IMG/VR virus record: IMGVR_UViG_3300025467_000013 | Span: 11,638-75,637 of that record | Reading direction: 5' to 3' (one strand) | DNA length: 64,000 nt | Origin: a virus | Shown here: one piece after another, positions 19,302-28,243 of the stretch | How the letters are laid out: every line of letters starts with the position of its first letter | Position numbering within the stretch: the stretch's first letter is position 1 | Translations under genes and position numbers: made by a program | Notes under the pieces: generated by a model | Database searches by the model: none | Told to the model about the DNA's origin: nothing | The model's input: only the letters and a program-made list of their open reading frames with translations

Positions 19302-19321
19302 ATTAATGTTAGGAAATACGT

Positions 19322-20050
19322 ATGCATCTTAGAGAAATAACAAACATTAATGCCCCGAATAAAGATCTCGAAGAAGGAATATTCTCGTTATTTGGCTTCA
19401 TGAGAGGAATAATAATGACTCTTGGTGTAGGACAACCATTATACGATGCATATAAAAATATTCAATCTGCAAAACAACAATACCCCGAAGGTAATGAGCA
19501 GAATAGAATAATCGATCATGAACTAACTGCATGTGCTTTAAAGATCGCAGGCATCTTAGCAGCAAGTAAATTGTTTGCGTCGATAGCTGATTTCGTAAAA
19601 ATATCAAAATTATTTCCTAGACGATCGGTTATTGCAGGATTCATTGACTTTGTGTTGTCACTTCCGATCGGCGCAGCACAAACAACTGCATTAGGATTGC
19701 TTTATAGGTTATTAAACACCCAATCAGGACAAACTTTCCTTGGACAATACATTACAGGGTTAGCGTTGAGCAGCCAAATTCCTGAAAATACACCGATGTA
19801 CGAGAAGTTTATCGGTGGATCAATACGACAAGCAGCTGAGTTTATTAATAAATCACTTAAAAACTCCACTGGAGTTGATTTAGGTGCATCATCTGGTATA
19901 AGCAAATCCGAACCTCAAGGAGGACAACCAGCTCCAGAACCCGAAGTTACTCCGAAGCCAAGAGTCGCTAATCCAAATGAACCAGTACCGACTACGACCG
20001 GTAATGTGTTTACACGGGATCCTGCAACTGGTGAATTGATGTTTAAGTAA
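19322..20050 (+). CDS. Late hypothetical protein, possible internal head/ejection protein with hydrophobic helices
   Basis: Own late promoter; N-terminal MHLREI...LEEG resembles prohead-protease (L-x-E) propeptides; hydrophobic segments and a Pro-rich tail. Confidence 0.55.
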   Translation: MHLREITNINAPNKDLEEGIFSLFGFMRGIIMTLGVGQPLYDAYKNIQSAKQQYPEGNEQNRIIDHELTACALKIAGILAASKLFASIADFVKISKLFPRRSVIAGFIDFVLSLPIGAAQTTALGLLYRLLNTQSGQTFLGQYITGLALSSQIPENTPMYEKFIGGSIRQAAEFINKSLKNSTGVDLGASSGISKSEPQGGQPAPEPEVTPKPRVANPNEPVPTTTGNVFTRDPATGELMFK

Positions 20051-20056
20051 TGTTGA

Positions 20057-20290
20057 TTACAGTAATGGTAGTTGACTTTTAACAGTTGTATCAATATTTT
20101 CCTTAACAACTTCGTACATTGCTTCGCGATCATCGGGGCCATATACATGAAGAAGCTCGTAAAAAGTAACACCGCCTCTCATATACCAGCTTAATCTAGC
20201 TAATTCTTCTTTGAATTCTTTTAATTCTGTATCTAACCTAACTAGATAGCCGTTAATTTCCGACGATGCTAATCTAATTAGGTGCGAACG
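20057..20290 (-). CDS. Tail assembly chaperone C-terminal extension (gp51-like), probably reached by -1 frameshift from the upstream gene
   Basis: Open -1 frame RSHLIRLASSEINGYLVRLDTELKEFKEELARLSWYMRGGVTFYELLHVYGPDDREAMYEVVKENIDTTVKSQLPLL*, with no ATG/RBS at its 5' end; T-TTT-TTC slippery heptamer at 20296-20290. Confidence 0.7.
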   Translation of the reverse strand, partial: RSHLIRLASSEINGYLVRLDTELKEFKEELARLSWYMRGGVTFYELLHVYGPDDREAMYEVVKENIDTTVKSQLPLL

Positions 20291-21105
20291 AAAAAATTCG
20301 ATTGGTCCATTTCGATAATAATAGTATTTGTTGATTCACATTCTACGCATACTACGGATTTTTGAGGTGCGCTCCATAAAGATTGATTACTTTGCAAATG
20401 AGTTTTAAGTGTAAGTATTGTTTCGGAGTCGATATTTTCTAACCATTCTTTAATATAAGCCTGTTCTACTACGGTAGTTGTACTAGTCTTAACAGATTCG
20501 ATTGAAAAAGCGTAGATTTCGTTTTGTAAATCTGATAATTCTGAGAAAATTCTAGTTAATTCTTTACCTCTTTCGACTTCGTCGGCGATATCAGGTACTT
20601 GTTTTAACTGTTGTTGTATTTGAAAGTTAGAAACTGAAATATTTGTTGACTGTCTATAGTTTAACGGGCGGGTATTAATAACTAAATCTTTTATAATTAA
20701 TCGATTATTATATGATTTTGCCTTATAATCGTCGATTAATGATGGTAACTCGATGTCATATTCATTTTCTGCTTTGCATGAAGGACATACATGTGATACT
20801 GGGTAAGTAGTACCAAACGATGCAATCTTAATAGCAATTAGTAAAGTATTAAGATCTAACATGTTCACATCCCAAGCATCCTTAATTGTTGGGCAGCAAC
20901 TCTCGATAACTTTCACTACCGACTCGCCTATTAACAATGCATCGGGCGTCTTTAGTAGCATTTCATCCATTCCGGTCATGCTATACACTGGCATATTTTC
21001 GATAGCTCCGTGAATAGTATCTTTATTGTAATAAAGACCATGTGAAGGCAAATCAATAAAAATTTTTGGCTGTCTAAAATACTGTTGTAATGGATTTTGG
21101 CTCAT
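20278..21105 (-). CDS. Baseplate hub/tail assembly chaperone (T4 gp26-like)
   Basis: NPLQQYFRQPKIFIDLPS, MTGMDE, IAIKIASFG, two CxxC motifs (CPSC, CVEC), C-terminal NFF; adjacent to the tape measure gene. Confidence 0.8.
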   Translation of the reverse strand: MSQNPLQQYFRQPKIFIDLPSHGLYYNKDTIHGAIENMPVYSMTGMDEMLLKTPDALLIGESVVKVIESCCPTIKDAWDVNMLDLNTLLIAIKIASFGTTYPVSHVCPSCKAENEYDIELPSLIDDYKAKSYNNRLIIKDLVINTRPLNYRQSTNISVSNFQIQQQLKQVPDIADEVERGKELTRIFSELSDLQNEIYAFSIESVKTSTTTVVEQAYIKEWLENIDSETILTLKTHLQSNQSLWSAPQKSVVCVECESTNTIIIEMDQSNFFVRT

Positions 21106-21116
21106 TCTATCTCCAG

Positions 21117-21142
21117 CTAAATATACAATATTCGTATTTATA
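21117..21142. promoter_or_regulatory. Pair of opposed late promoters: CTAAATA (+, 21117-21123) and TATAAATA (-, 21142-21135)
   Basis: Both lie in the 62-nt gap between the divergent chaperone and tape-measure genes. Confidence 0.6.
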
Positions 21143-21167
21143 TGCGCATTTTTAGGATTTTTTACTT

Positions 21168-23441
21168 ATGGCAAATGAATTAACTCCAGAAAGTTTACGT
21201 AACGTACTGTTAGATGTAATAGGTATGTCGGGAACAAGTGGTAGAACCGCCCCTGATGTGAAAGGAGACTTAGACTGGACTAATCTACAAGATGGCATTG
21301 GAAAAACTGCTGGAGCAGCAGGAGTATTGGGTGCAGGCCTGATTAGCGGTAGTAACGCACTTGGAAAGATTGTACAAGGCTCGTATAGTGCAGGCGATGC
21401 GTTAGGTGACATGAATGGAATTGTTGGTGCAGTTGGTGGTAGACTTGGCGAATTTGGTACAGGATTAGCAAATGGGCTGAAGAACATTAGTACCACCGCA
21501 GTAGAAGTAAACAACAACCTTAAAAAACTTTCTAACAATGGTGTTTATTTTGCAAATGACTTAGGGAAGTACAGCCAATTAGTTACTGGTGCTAGAACAA
21601 GCATGGATCATTTTAATGATCTAGTTACAAAGAACGGTTCTAGTCTAGGGTCGTTTGGCGGTAACATGGATCAAGCTGCTGAAAATTATTTAAAATTAGC
21701 GCGAGATTTACAACAAAATCCTATAGCAAGTCAACTTGAAAAGACCGGGATGGATATTGACGAACTAGGTGATACGTTATTAGCAATCACTGTTCGCTCG
21801 AGGAATCTTAATTTGCAAGATGATGCTGCTAAAAGACGGGCAATCGAAGCCTCGTTGAGTCTCTCGGTCGAAATGGATAATATGTCTCGACTAACAGGTA
21901 TCAGTCGTCGTGAAATGGAAGACAAGATGCAAAAAGATCGAGAGTCAGCCGCGGCAAAGATTGCAGAAGCAAGGATGACGCCTGAACAACGTGCAGCGTA
22001 CGAAAAAGTAAAAGCAGATGCTCTCGCAGCCGGCGGCGATAAAGCTATGACAGTAGCAGCAGAAGCATTTAGGAATCAAATTTTTGGATTCGGAGGTACA
22101 ATCGCATCGAAAGCAGGTACAGAAGCAATGCAAGCAGCACCTGAACAGATGGCAATGTATCAAAACATTGGTATTATGCAAGCCCAAGGGCAAGATACTA
22201 ACAGACAATTAGCTAAAGTAATAACATCGCAAGAAAACTTATTACAAAGTCAAGATGCTGCGGTTGCCGCAGCAGGTATGAGTGATTCAGAAAGAACTGC
22301 ATACTTAGGAGACATTGCATCGCGAGGCGCACTTGCTGAAAAAGTAAAAGAAGCACAAGGTGATCCTCAAAGACTAGCTGAATTAATTGCAGCAGAAACT
22401 AAAAAAGCATCTGATCAGCGAAAAGAAAATGTTCCGGGACAAAAACCCGAAGATGCATCTGCACTGAGCAATGCTATTAATATGGCTGATCGAAGTGTTA
22501 GAGACTTTGGTGCAGCAATTGGCACTATGATGCCGGACCTTAATAAATCAGTTGGACAATCTGTAAATGAGTTTAATTTGCTTACTAAAGCGATACAATT
22601 AGCAAGATCGAGTCCCGAAGAAGTTAAGAAGACTGCGGGACTGGGCAACGTTGAAAATATTTTTAAGGGTGAAACCGAAGGAAGGGCTAATGGATCTTTA
22701 GGATCTACTGGTAACTGGATTGAAGACTTTGGTGCAGGCACATTAATGGAACTGCATGGTAAAGAAGGTGTTGTAACTGAAGGACAATTTAATAATCTAA
22801 AAGAACAAATTGAAAGTATTATGACTAGTAACGGAGTAGTACCAACCGTTAGTAATTTTAGTACTGACGATTTTCTTTCGCAGATTAAAACTGCAACTAA
22901 TCCATTACCTATAAACGATAGCGGAATATTTAACGATTTCCTCTCTCAAGTTAAAACTACAAATAATGAATCACCTAAGGAAGAAAACGGGTTCTTTAAT
23001 GATATTACTAACATGTTTTATGATGTTGGTAATATTGCAGGTAAAATGTTCGACGAAGTTACTACTACAACAAAAACTCTAGGAGACAATGTTAAGTACC
23101 AACCAACAAAAAACGAGTTAACTCCTGCTGAACAAGAAGCAAAACTTCGCGCATTAAACACTCCGGAAAAAATTGCAGAAAAACGAGCTGCTCTAGAAAA
23201 AGAACAAGCAAATAAAAAAATCGAAGAACAAAAAGCAAAAGCGCAGAAAAATCGCGAAAATGCCAACCCGGAAGAATCTAAAAAAGAACCAGTGCCGGCA
23301 AATGTATCCCTAAACGATCTTCGAGATCAATTGATTGAATTAAATAAAAATGTAAAAGACCTAATTACTCATACTGATCGTGTTGCAGACCATACTGGAA
23401 GGCAACTTACTGAGACGCGGAAAGGCGGCAGTAGAATATAA
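21168..23441 (+). CDS. Tape measure protein (putative)
   Basis: Ala/Gly/Leu-rich helical 757-aa protein; LSRLTG.SR-like motif; C-terminal FGAGTLMELHGKEGVVTE; next to a frameshifting chaperone. Confidence 0.7.
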   Translation: MANELTPESLRNVLLDVIGMSGTSGRTAPDVKGDLDWTNLQDGIGKTAGAAGVLGAGLISGSNALGKIVQGSYSAGDALGDMNGIVGAVGGRLGEFGTGLANGLKNISTTAVEVNNNLKKLSNNGVYFANDLGKYSQLVTGARTSMDHFNDLVTKNGSSLGSFGGNMDQAAENYLKLARDLQQNPIASQLEKTGMDIDELGDTLLAITVRSRNLNLQDDAAKRRAIEASLSLSVEMDNMSRLTGISRREMEDKMQKDRESAAAKIAEARMTPEQRAAYEKVKADALAAGGDKAMTVAAEAFRNQIFGFGGTIASKAGTEAMQAAPEQMAMYQNIGIMQAQGQDTNRQLAKVITSQENLLQSQDAAVAAAGMSDSERTAYLGDIASRGALAEKVKEAQGDPQRLAELIAAETKKASDQRKENVPGQKPEDASALSNAINMADRSVRDFGAAIGTMMPDLNKSVGQSVNEFNLLTKAIQLARSSPEEVKKTAGLGNVENIFKGETEGRANGSLGSTGNWIEDFGAGTLMELHGKEGVVTEGQFNNLKEQIESIMTSNGVVPTVSNFSTDDFLSQIKTATNPLPINDSGIFNDFLSQVKTTNNESPKEENGFFNDITNMFYDVGNIAGKMFDEVTTTTKTLGDNVKYQPTKNELTPAEQEAKLRALNTPEKIAEKRAALEKEQANKKIEEQKAKAQKNRENANPEESKKEPVPANVSLNDLRDQLIELNKNVKDLITHTDRVADHTGRQLTETRKGGSRI

Positions 23442-23461
23442 ATTAGGATAAGGAATAATAA

Positions 23462-25216
23462 ATGTCTTGGAAAAAATACTTCTCACCGGTGTCTACTAGC
23501 GAATATCTGAGCCCAATTGCTGGCAATTCAACAGCAAAAAGTGGTCCCGCAAAAACGAATTTTTCGAGCTATCTGCCAGATGTGTACACGGGTAGCCCTA
23601 ACCGTATTGAAAGATATCAGCAATACGAAGTTATGGACAGTGACCCAGAAGTAAATGCAGCATTAGATATTCTTGCTGAATTCTGTACACAAAAATTAAA
23701 AGATGGTAAAACTCCGTTTAGTGTTCAATGGCGACATAAAGCAACTAATAGTGAAGTTAGAATACTATCTGAATATCTACAGCAGTGGACAAAATTACAA
23801 AAATTCGATGTTCGTATCTTTAGAATTATGCGTAACGTCTTTAAGTACGGTGATGTATTCTTTATTCGAGATCCAGAGAATCAAAAATGGAGTTACGTTG
23901 ATCCTACTAAAGTTACAAAAATTATTGTAAATGAAAGCGATGGAAAGAAGCCGGAGCAGTATATTATCAAAGACCTTGCTCCTAATTTTGTCGATTTAGT
24001 TGCAACACAAATTACACCGAATATTACTACAAATCAGTCAAATGGCGCAGTAATTACTGCTAGTGCATACATTGGTGCAGGTGGCCAAAGCAGAGGCGGT
24101 TCCGGTGCGTATCCTCAATCTAATTCAGGATCTAGATTTGGCTTAGGCGATACAGAAAATGCAATCGATTCTGAACATGTTGTACATTTAAGTCTATCAG
24201 AAGGATTAGATAATAACTACCCGTTTGGTAATAGTTTACTGGAAAACATCTTTAAAGTCTACAAACAAAAAGAATTATTAGAAGATGCAATCTTAATTTA
24301 TCGTATTCAACGTGCTCCGGAACGTAGAGTATTCCATATCGACGTTGGGAATATGCCAGGGCACATGGCAATGGCATTTGTTGAACGAGTTAAAAACGAA
24401 ATTCACCAACGCCGTATTCCAAGTCAAACAGGAGGCGGCGCAAATGTTATTGATAGCGCATACAATCCATTATCGATCAATGAAGATTACTTCTTCCCGC
24501 AAACCGCTGAAGGACGCGGATCTAAAGTAGAAACATTACCGGGCGGTACTAACCTAGGCGAAATCGACGACTTGAAGTATTTTACAAATAAATTATTCCG
24601 TGGATTAAGAATTCCTAGTTCTTATTTGCCTACTGGTGCAGACGACAGTCAAACAAATTATAATGATGGCCGTGTAGGAACAGCATACATTCAAGAATTA
24701 CGTTTTAACAAGTATTGCGAACGCCTACAAGCCCTTGTAACAGCAGTTTTTGACGAAGAGTTCAAAATGTATATGTATACAAGAGGTGTAAACATTGATG
24801 CTAATCTATTCGAATTAAAATTTAATCCACCATTGAATTTTGCAAGTACAAGACAAAGTCAACTTGATAGTGAACGAATTAATACATTTAATACTATTCA
24901 AGCAATTCCGTTTATGAGTAAGAGATTTGCATTAAAACGATTCTTAGGCATGACTGACGAAGAAGTTGCGGAAAACGAACGTTATTGGGCAGAAGAAAAC
25001 GGTAAAGGCGCGCCGACATATACTGATGCAGCAGGAGAAATGCGTAGCGCAGGATTATCGGCTGCTGGAATCGAAGGTGATATGGGAGAAGCAAGTGATT
25101 TAGAACCACCTGAAGACATGGAAGGTATGGAAGGAGCCGGAGAGCAAGGTGGGGCACCTGGTGGCGCATCACCGTTGGGCGGAGCAGGGGCACCGCCAGT
25201 TGCGCCAGGAGCATAA
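23462..25216 (+). CDS. gp20: Portal vertex protein
   Basis: LLEDAILIYRIQRAPERRVFHIDVGNMP, EDYFFP, GSKVETLPGG.NLGEIDD..YF..KL motifs. Confidence 0.96.
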   Translation: MSWKKYFSPVSTSEYLSPIAGNSTAKSGPAKTNFSSYLPDVYTGSPNRIERYQQYEVMDSDPEVNAALDILAEFCTQKLKDGKTPFSVQWRHKATNSEVRILSEYLQQWTKLQKFDVRIFRIMRNVFKYGDVFFIRDPENQKWSYVDPTKVTKIIVNESDGKKPEQYIIKDLAPNFVDLVATQITPNITTNQSNGAVITASAYIGAGGQSRGGSGAYPQSNSGSRFGLGDTENAIDSEHVVHLSLSEGLDNNYPFGNSLLENIFKVYKQKELLEDAILIYRIQRAPERRVFHIDVGNMPGHMAMAFVERVKNEIHQRRIPSQTGGGANVIDSAYNPLSINEDYFFPQTAEGRGSKVETLPGGTNLGEIDDLKYFTNKLFRGLRIPSSYLPTGADDSQTNYNDGRVGTAYIQELRFNKYCERLQALVTAVFDEEFKMYMYTRGVNIDANLFELKFNPPLNFASTRQSQLDSERINTFNTIQAIPFMSKRFALKRFLGMTDEEVAENERYWAEENGKGAPTYTDAAGEMRSAGLSAAGIEGDMGEASDLEPPEDMEGMEGAGEQGGAPGGASPLGGAGAPPVAPGA

Positions 25217-25219
25217 ATA
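25212..25219 (+). promoter_or_regulatory. Late promoter CATAAATA overlapping the portal stop codon
   Basis: 7/8 match to the late consensus, ending 5 nt before the ATG at 25225. Confidence 0.5.
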
Positions 25220-25224
25220 AAACT

Positions 25225-25464
25225 ATGATACTTCGAGAGTTATTTTATATCGATCCGGATACACGCAGAACTGCAAACGACCTTCGTTATGATGCAGGTC
25301 GAGATCTCACCACTATGCGCCGCAAAGATACACGTAAGACCCGATTAACTTTGCGTCAGCTAAACGAGTTACGTAAATCCAATGAAGCACACATTCTTGA
25401 ACAGGAAGCAGAATTAGAATTTATTCATAGCATGTACGGTATGCCACCTGCCCCTGCGGCATAA
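25225..25464 (+). CDS. Small head-assembly region protein
   Basis: 79 aa between portal and core genes; RKTRLTLRQLNELRK...MYG. Confidence 0.7.
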   Translation: MILRELFYIDPDTRRTANDLRYDAGRDLTTMRRKDTRKTRLTLRQLNELRKSNEAHILEQEAELEFIHSMYGMPPAPAA

Positions 25465-25571
25465 ATAATCCATATTTTTGATAAAACGACATCGTTTTAG
25501 GCTATATTGTCTACATTTTTTAAATTAAATGTAAATAATATTACAGCCTTGTAACTAACAGGAGAATTATT

Positions 25572-26492
25572 ATGACTGATCGTGCTCAATTTGAAGCAAT
25601 GCTTAATGCGCTCATCAACGAGGATGAGGCCGCAGCAAAAGAAATTTTCCACAACATTGTGGTAGCAAAATCTCGTGAGATTTATGAAGAACTTCTAGAA
25701 TCAGACTTCGGCCGTGAAGAGGAAGAAGAAGGGGAAGAAGAGGAAGAAGAAGAGGAAGGTGGTGAAGAGGAAGAAGAAGGATCTGATGATATCGGCGGTG
25801 ATGCAACTGACGACTTCGTTGGCGATGTTTCTGACGATGAAACCGATTCTGATGCAGGCGAAGGTGAAGGCGATTTAGAAGATCGTGTTTTAGACCTTGA
25901 AGACGCTTTAGAAGAATTAAAAGCTGAATTTGATTCATTAATGGCTGACGAAGCTAACGAACCAGAACACAATGATGGTGTTGATGATCCAGACTTCGGT
26001 GGCGAAGATGACTTTGGTGGCGAAGAAGAACCTGCGTTCGGTGACGAAGAAGGTTCAGATGAGTTCGGCGGCGAAGAAGAAGAAATGGAAGGTGCAAAAG
26101 AAATTCACCACTATCATCACGACGGTGACAAAATGCCACAAGACGAATTCCAAGCATTTATGGAATACGTTCATAAAGTAGCATTACCGAAACACGGTGA
26201 CAATGGTGTAAACACTAAGAGTGTTGTTGACAACATGAAGAATGATATGGGCGGTACTAACGCTAATATCTTAAACGGTGGTACAAGCACTTCGGGCGGT
26301 ACTAAAGGCGGATTGTTAACTCCATCGACAGATGATTTAACAAAAGGTTTAGGTACAATTCAAAATCGTCCAGACTCAAAAGCTGGTAAGACTGCGTTCA
26401 CTAAGAGAGAACCAGGACACGGACCAGAAAAGAAAGGTTCGGGTGAAAAGGCTGATAATACTAAGAGTATGATCGGCAAGAGAGTAAGATAA
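25572..26492 (+). CDS. Highly acidic prohead core/scaffold-like protein
   Basis: GGAG RBS; poly-Glu/Asp tracts; lies between portal and protease like T4 gp67/gp68. Confidence 0.7.
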   Translation: MTDRAQFEAMLNALINEDEAAAKEIFHNIVVAKSREIYEELLESDFGREEEEEGEEEEEEEEGGEEEEEGSDDIGGDATDDFVGDVSDDETDSDAGEGEGDLEDRVLDLEDALEELKAEFDSLMADEANEPEHNDGVDDPDFGGEDDFGGEEEPAFGDEEGSDEFGGEEEEMEGAKEIHHYHHDGDKMPQDEFQAFMEYVHKVALPKHGDNGVNTKSVVDNMKNDMGGTNANILNGGTSTSGGTKGGLLTPSTDDLTKGLGTIQNRPDSKAGKTAFTKREPGHGPEKKGSGEKADNTKSMIGKRVR

Positions 26493-26496
26493 TATA

Positions 26497-27123
26497 ATGT
26501 TACATCTCCGAGAAAATCTAAGTTTCAACGAAGCAAAAATGGTCGTTGAATCTGATGAAAAGGAAGGCAAAAACTTGTATATGAGCGGTATTTGTATACA
26601 AGGGGGCATACGTAATGCAAATCAACGTGTGTATCCTGTTAGCGAGATCGGAAAGGCTGTAAAGACTCTTAACGATCAGATTCAAAACGGCTACTCAGTA
26701 CTCGGAGAAGTAGATCATCCAGACGATTTAAAAATTAATTTAGATCGTGTGAGCCATATGATAGTAAACATGTGGATGGATGGTCCAAACGGTTATGGTA
26801 AGTTGAAAATCTTACCTACACCAATGGGACAATTAATTAAAACTATGCTGGAAAGCGGAGTTAAATTAGGCGTATCAAGTCGCGGATCCGGAAACGTCAA
26901 AGAAGACGGTTCTGGTGAAGTGTCAGATTTTGAGATTATCACAGTAGATATGGTAGCTCAACCTAGTGCCCCAGGGGCGTACCCTACACCAATCTATGAA
27001 CATCTTATGAATAATAAAGGTGGGTATAGTGCCTTACGCATAGCGCAAGAGGTTAAAGGTGACCCAAAAGCACAAAAATATCTCAAAGAGAGCTTATTAG
27101 GAATAATAAGCAAACTCCAATAA
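26497..27123 (+). CDS. gp21: Prohead protease
   Basis: NANQRVYP, GEVDHP, RVSH, GVSSRGSG (catalytic Ser), DMVAQPSAPGA. Confidence 0.95.
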   Translation: MLHLRENLSFNEAKMVVESDEKEGKNLYMSGICIQGGIRNANQRVYPVSEIGKAVKTLNDQIQNGYSVLGEVDHPDDLKINLDRVSHMIVNMWMDGPNGYGKLKILPTPMGQLIKTMLESGVKLGVSSRGSGNVKEDGSGEVSDFEIITVDMVAQPSAPGAYPTPIYEHLMNNKGGYSALRIAQEVKGDPKAQKYLKESLLGIISKLQ

Positions 27124-27136
27124 TAAGGAGAATCAC

Positions 27137-28231
27137 ATGTTGGATGCATTAAAATCATTATTTGAGAACAATGTGATTTCTGAAGATATTCAAGAGTCAA
27201 TTCAAAAGGCTTGGGATGCGAAGATCAATGAAAATCGCGAACAAGTTGCACAACAATTGCGTGAAGAATTTGCGCAAAAATACGACCACGACAAGAACGT
27301 CATGATCGAAGCAGTTGATCGCATGATCACTGACGGCATCACTGGCGAAATTGCCGAATTCATCGATGATCGTCATCAATTAGCAGAAATGAAAGTTAAG
27401 TATGCTAAGAAAATGTCAACTGATTCAAAGATGATGAAGGAATTTATTACACGCCAACTAGCATCTGAAGTTCGTGAATTACACGAAGATCAAGTTGTTA
27501 TGGCTAATAAATTTGGTAAATTAGAACAATTTGTTGTTGAAGCTCTTGCTCAAGAAATTACTGAGTTTTATAAAGATAAGCAGGATCTTGCTGAAACTAA
27601 GGTCCGTTTAGTACGCGAAGGACGCGAACAACTTAAAAAGGTTAAGGAACAATTTGTACAACGTGCAGCAAAGATGGTTGATTCAGTAGTAAGTGAAAGT
27701 TTACACAATGAATTAACAAGTTTAAAAGAAGACATTGATGCAGCTCGTCGTAACGACTTTGGTCGTAAGTTATTCGAAGCATTTGCTTCTGAATATACAA
27801 CAAGTTACTTAAACGAAAAATCAGAAACTGCAAAATTACTCAAAGTTATAGACTTGAAAAATCTTGAATTAGCAGAAGCACAACAATTTGCTTCAAAAGC
27901 TAAGTCGATTTTAGAAAGTAAACAAGCAGAGATTAACATGCTTAAAGAAGCACAAGATCGCAAAGCAATCATGAGTGAATTACTTGCTCCATTAAACACA
28001 GAGCAACGTGAGATTATGAGTGAATTAATGGAGAGTGTGAAAACATCTAAACTCAATGAAAGTTTTGATAAGTATCTCCCAGCGGTCGTTGCTGGCAAAG
28101 CTCCGCAGAAGAAACAGGCACTATTAGAGGCAAAAGAAATTACAGGAAACAAAGTTTCCAACAGCAATCGTAGCAGCGAGGAAGACAATAATATTGTTGA
28201 TATCCGTCGCCTTGCTGGACTTAAAATTTAA
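27137..28231 (+). CDS. gp22: Prohead core scaffolding protein
   Basis: Coiled-coil, E/K-rich; GRKLFEAFASE motif; between protease and major capsid. Confidence 0.85.
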   Translation: MLDALKSLFENNVISEDIQESIQKAWDAKINENREQVAQQLREEFAQKYDHDKNVMIEAVDRMITDGITGEIAEFIDDRHQLAEMKVKYAKKMSTDSKMMKEFITRQLASEVRELHEDQVVMANKFGKLEQFVVEALAQEITEFYKDKQDLAETKVRLVREGREQLKKVKEQFVQRAAKMVDSVVSESLHNELTSLKEDIDAARRNDFGRKLFEAFASEYTTSYLNEKSETAKLLKVIDLKNLELAEAQQFASKAKSILESKQAEINMLKEAQDRKAIMSELLAPLNTEQREIMSELMESVKTSKLNESFDKYLPAVVAGKAPQKKQALLEAKEITGNKVSNSNRSSEEDNNIVDIRRLAGLKI

Positions 28232-28243
28232 GGAGAAATTTAA

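Noticed and set aside
18914-19327. Short minus-strand ORFs (62-84 aa) in the ORF track
   Set aside because: Mutually overlapping, no recognisable protein features or clear RBS; better explained as antisense to a structured RNA
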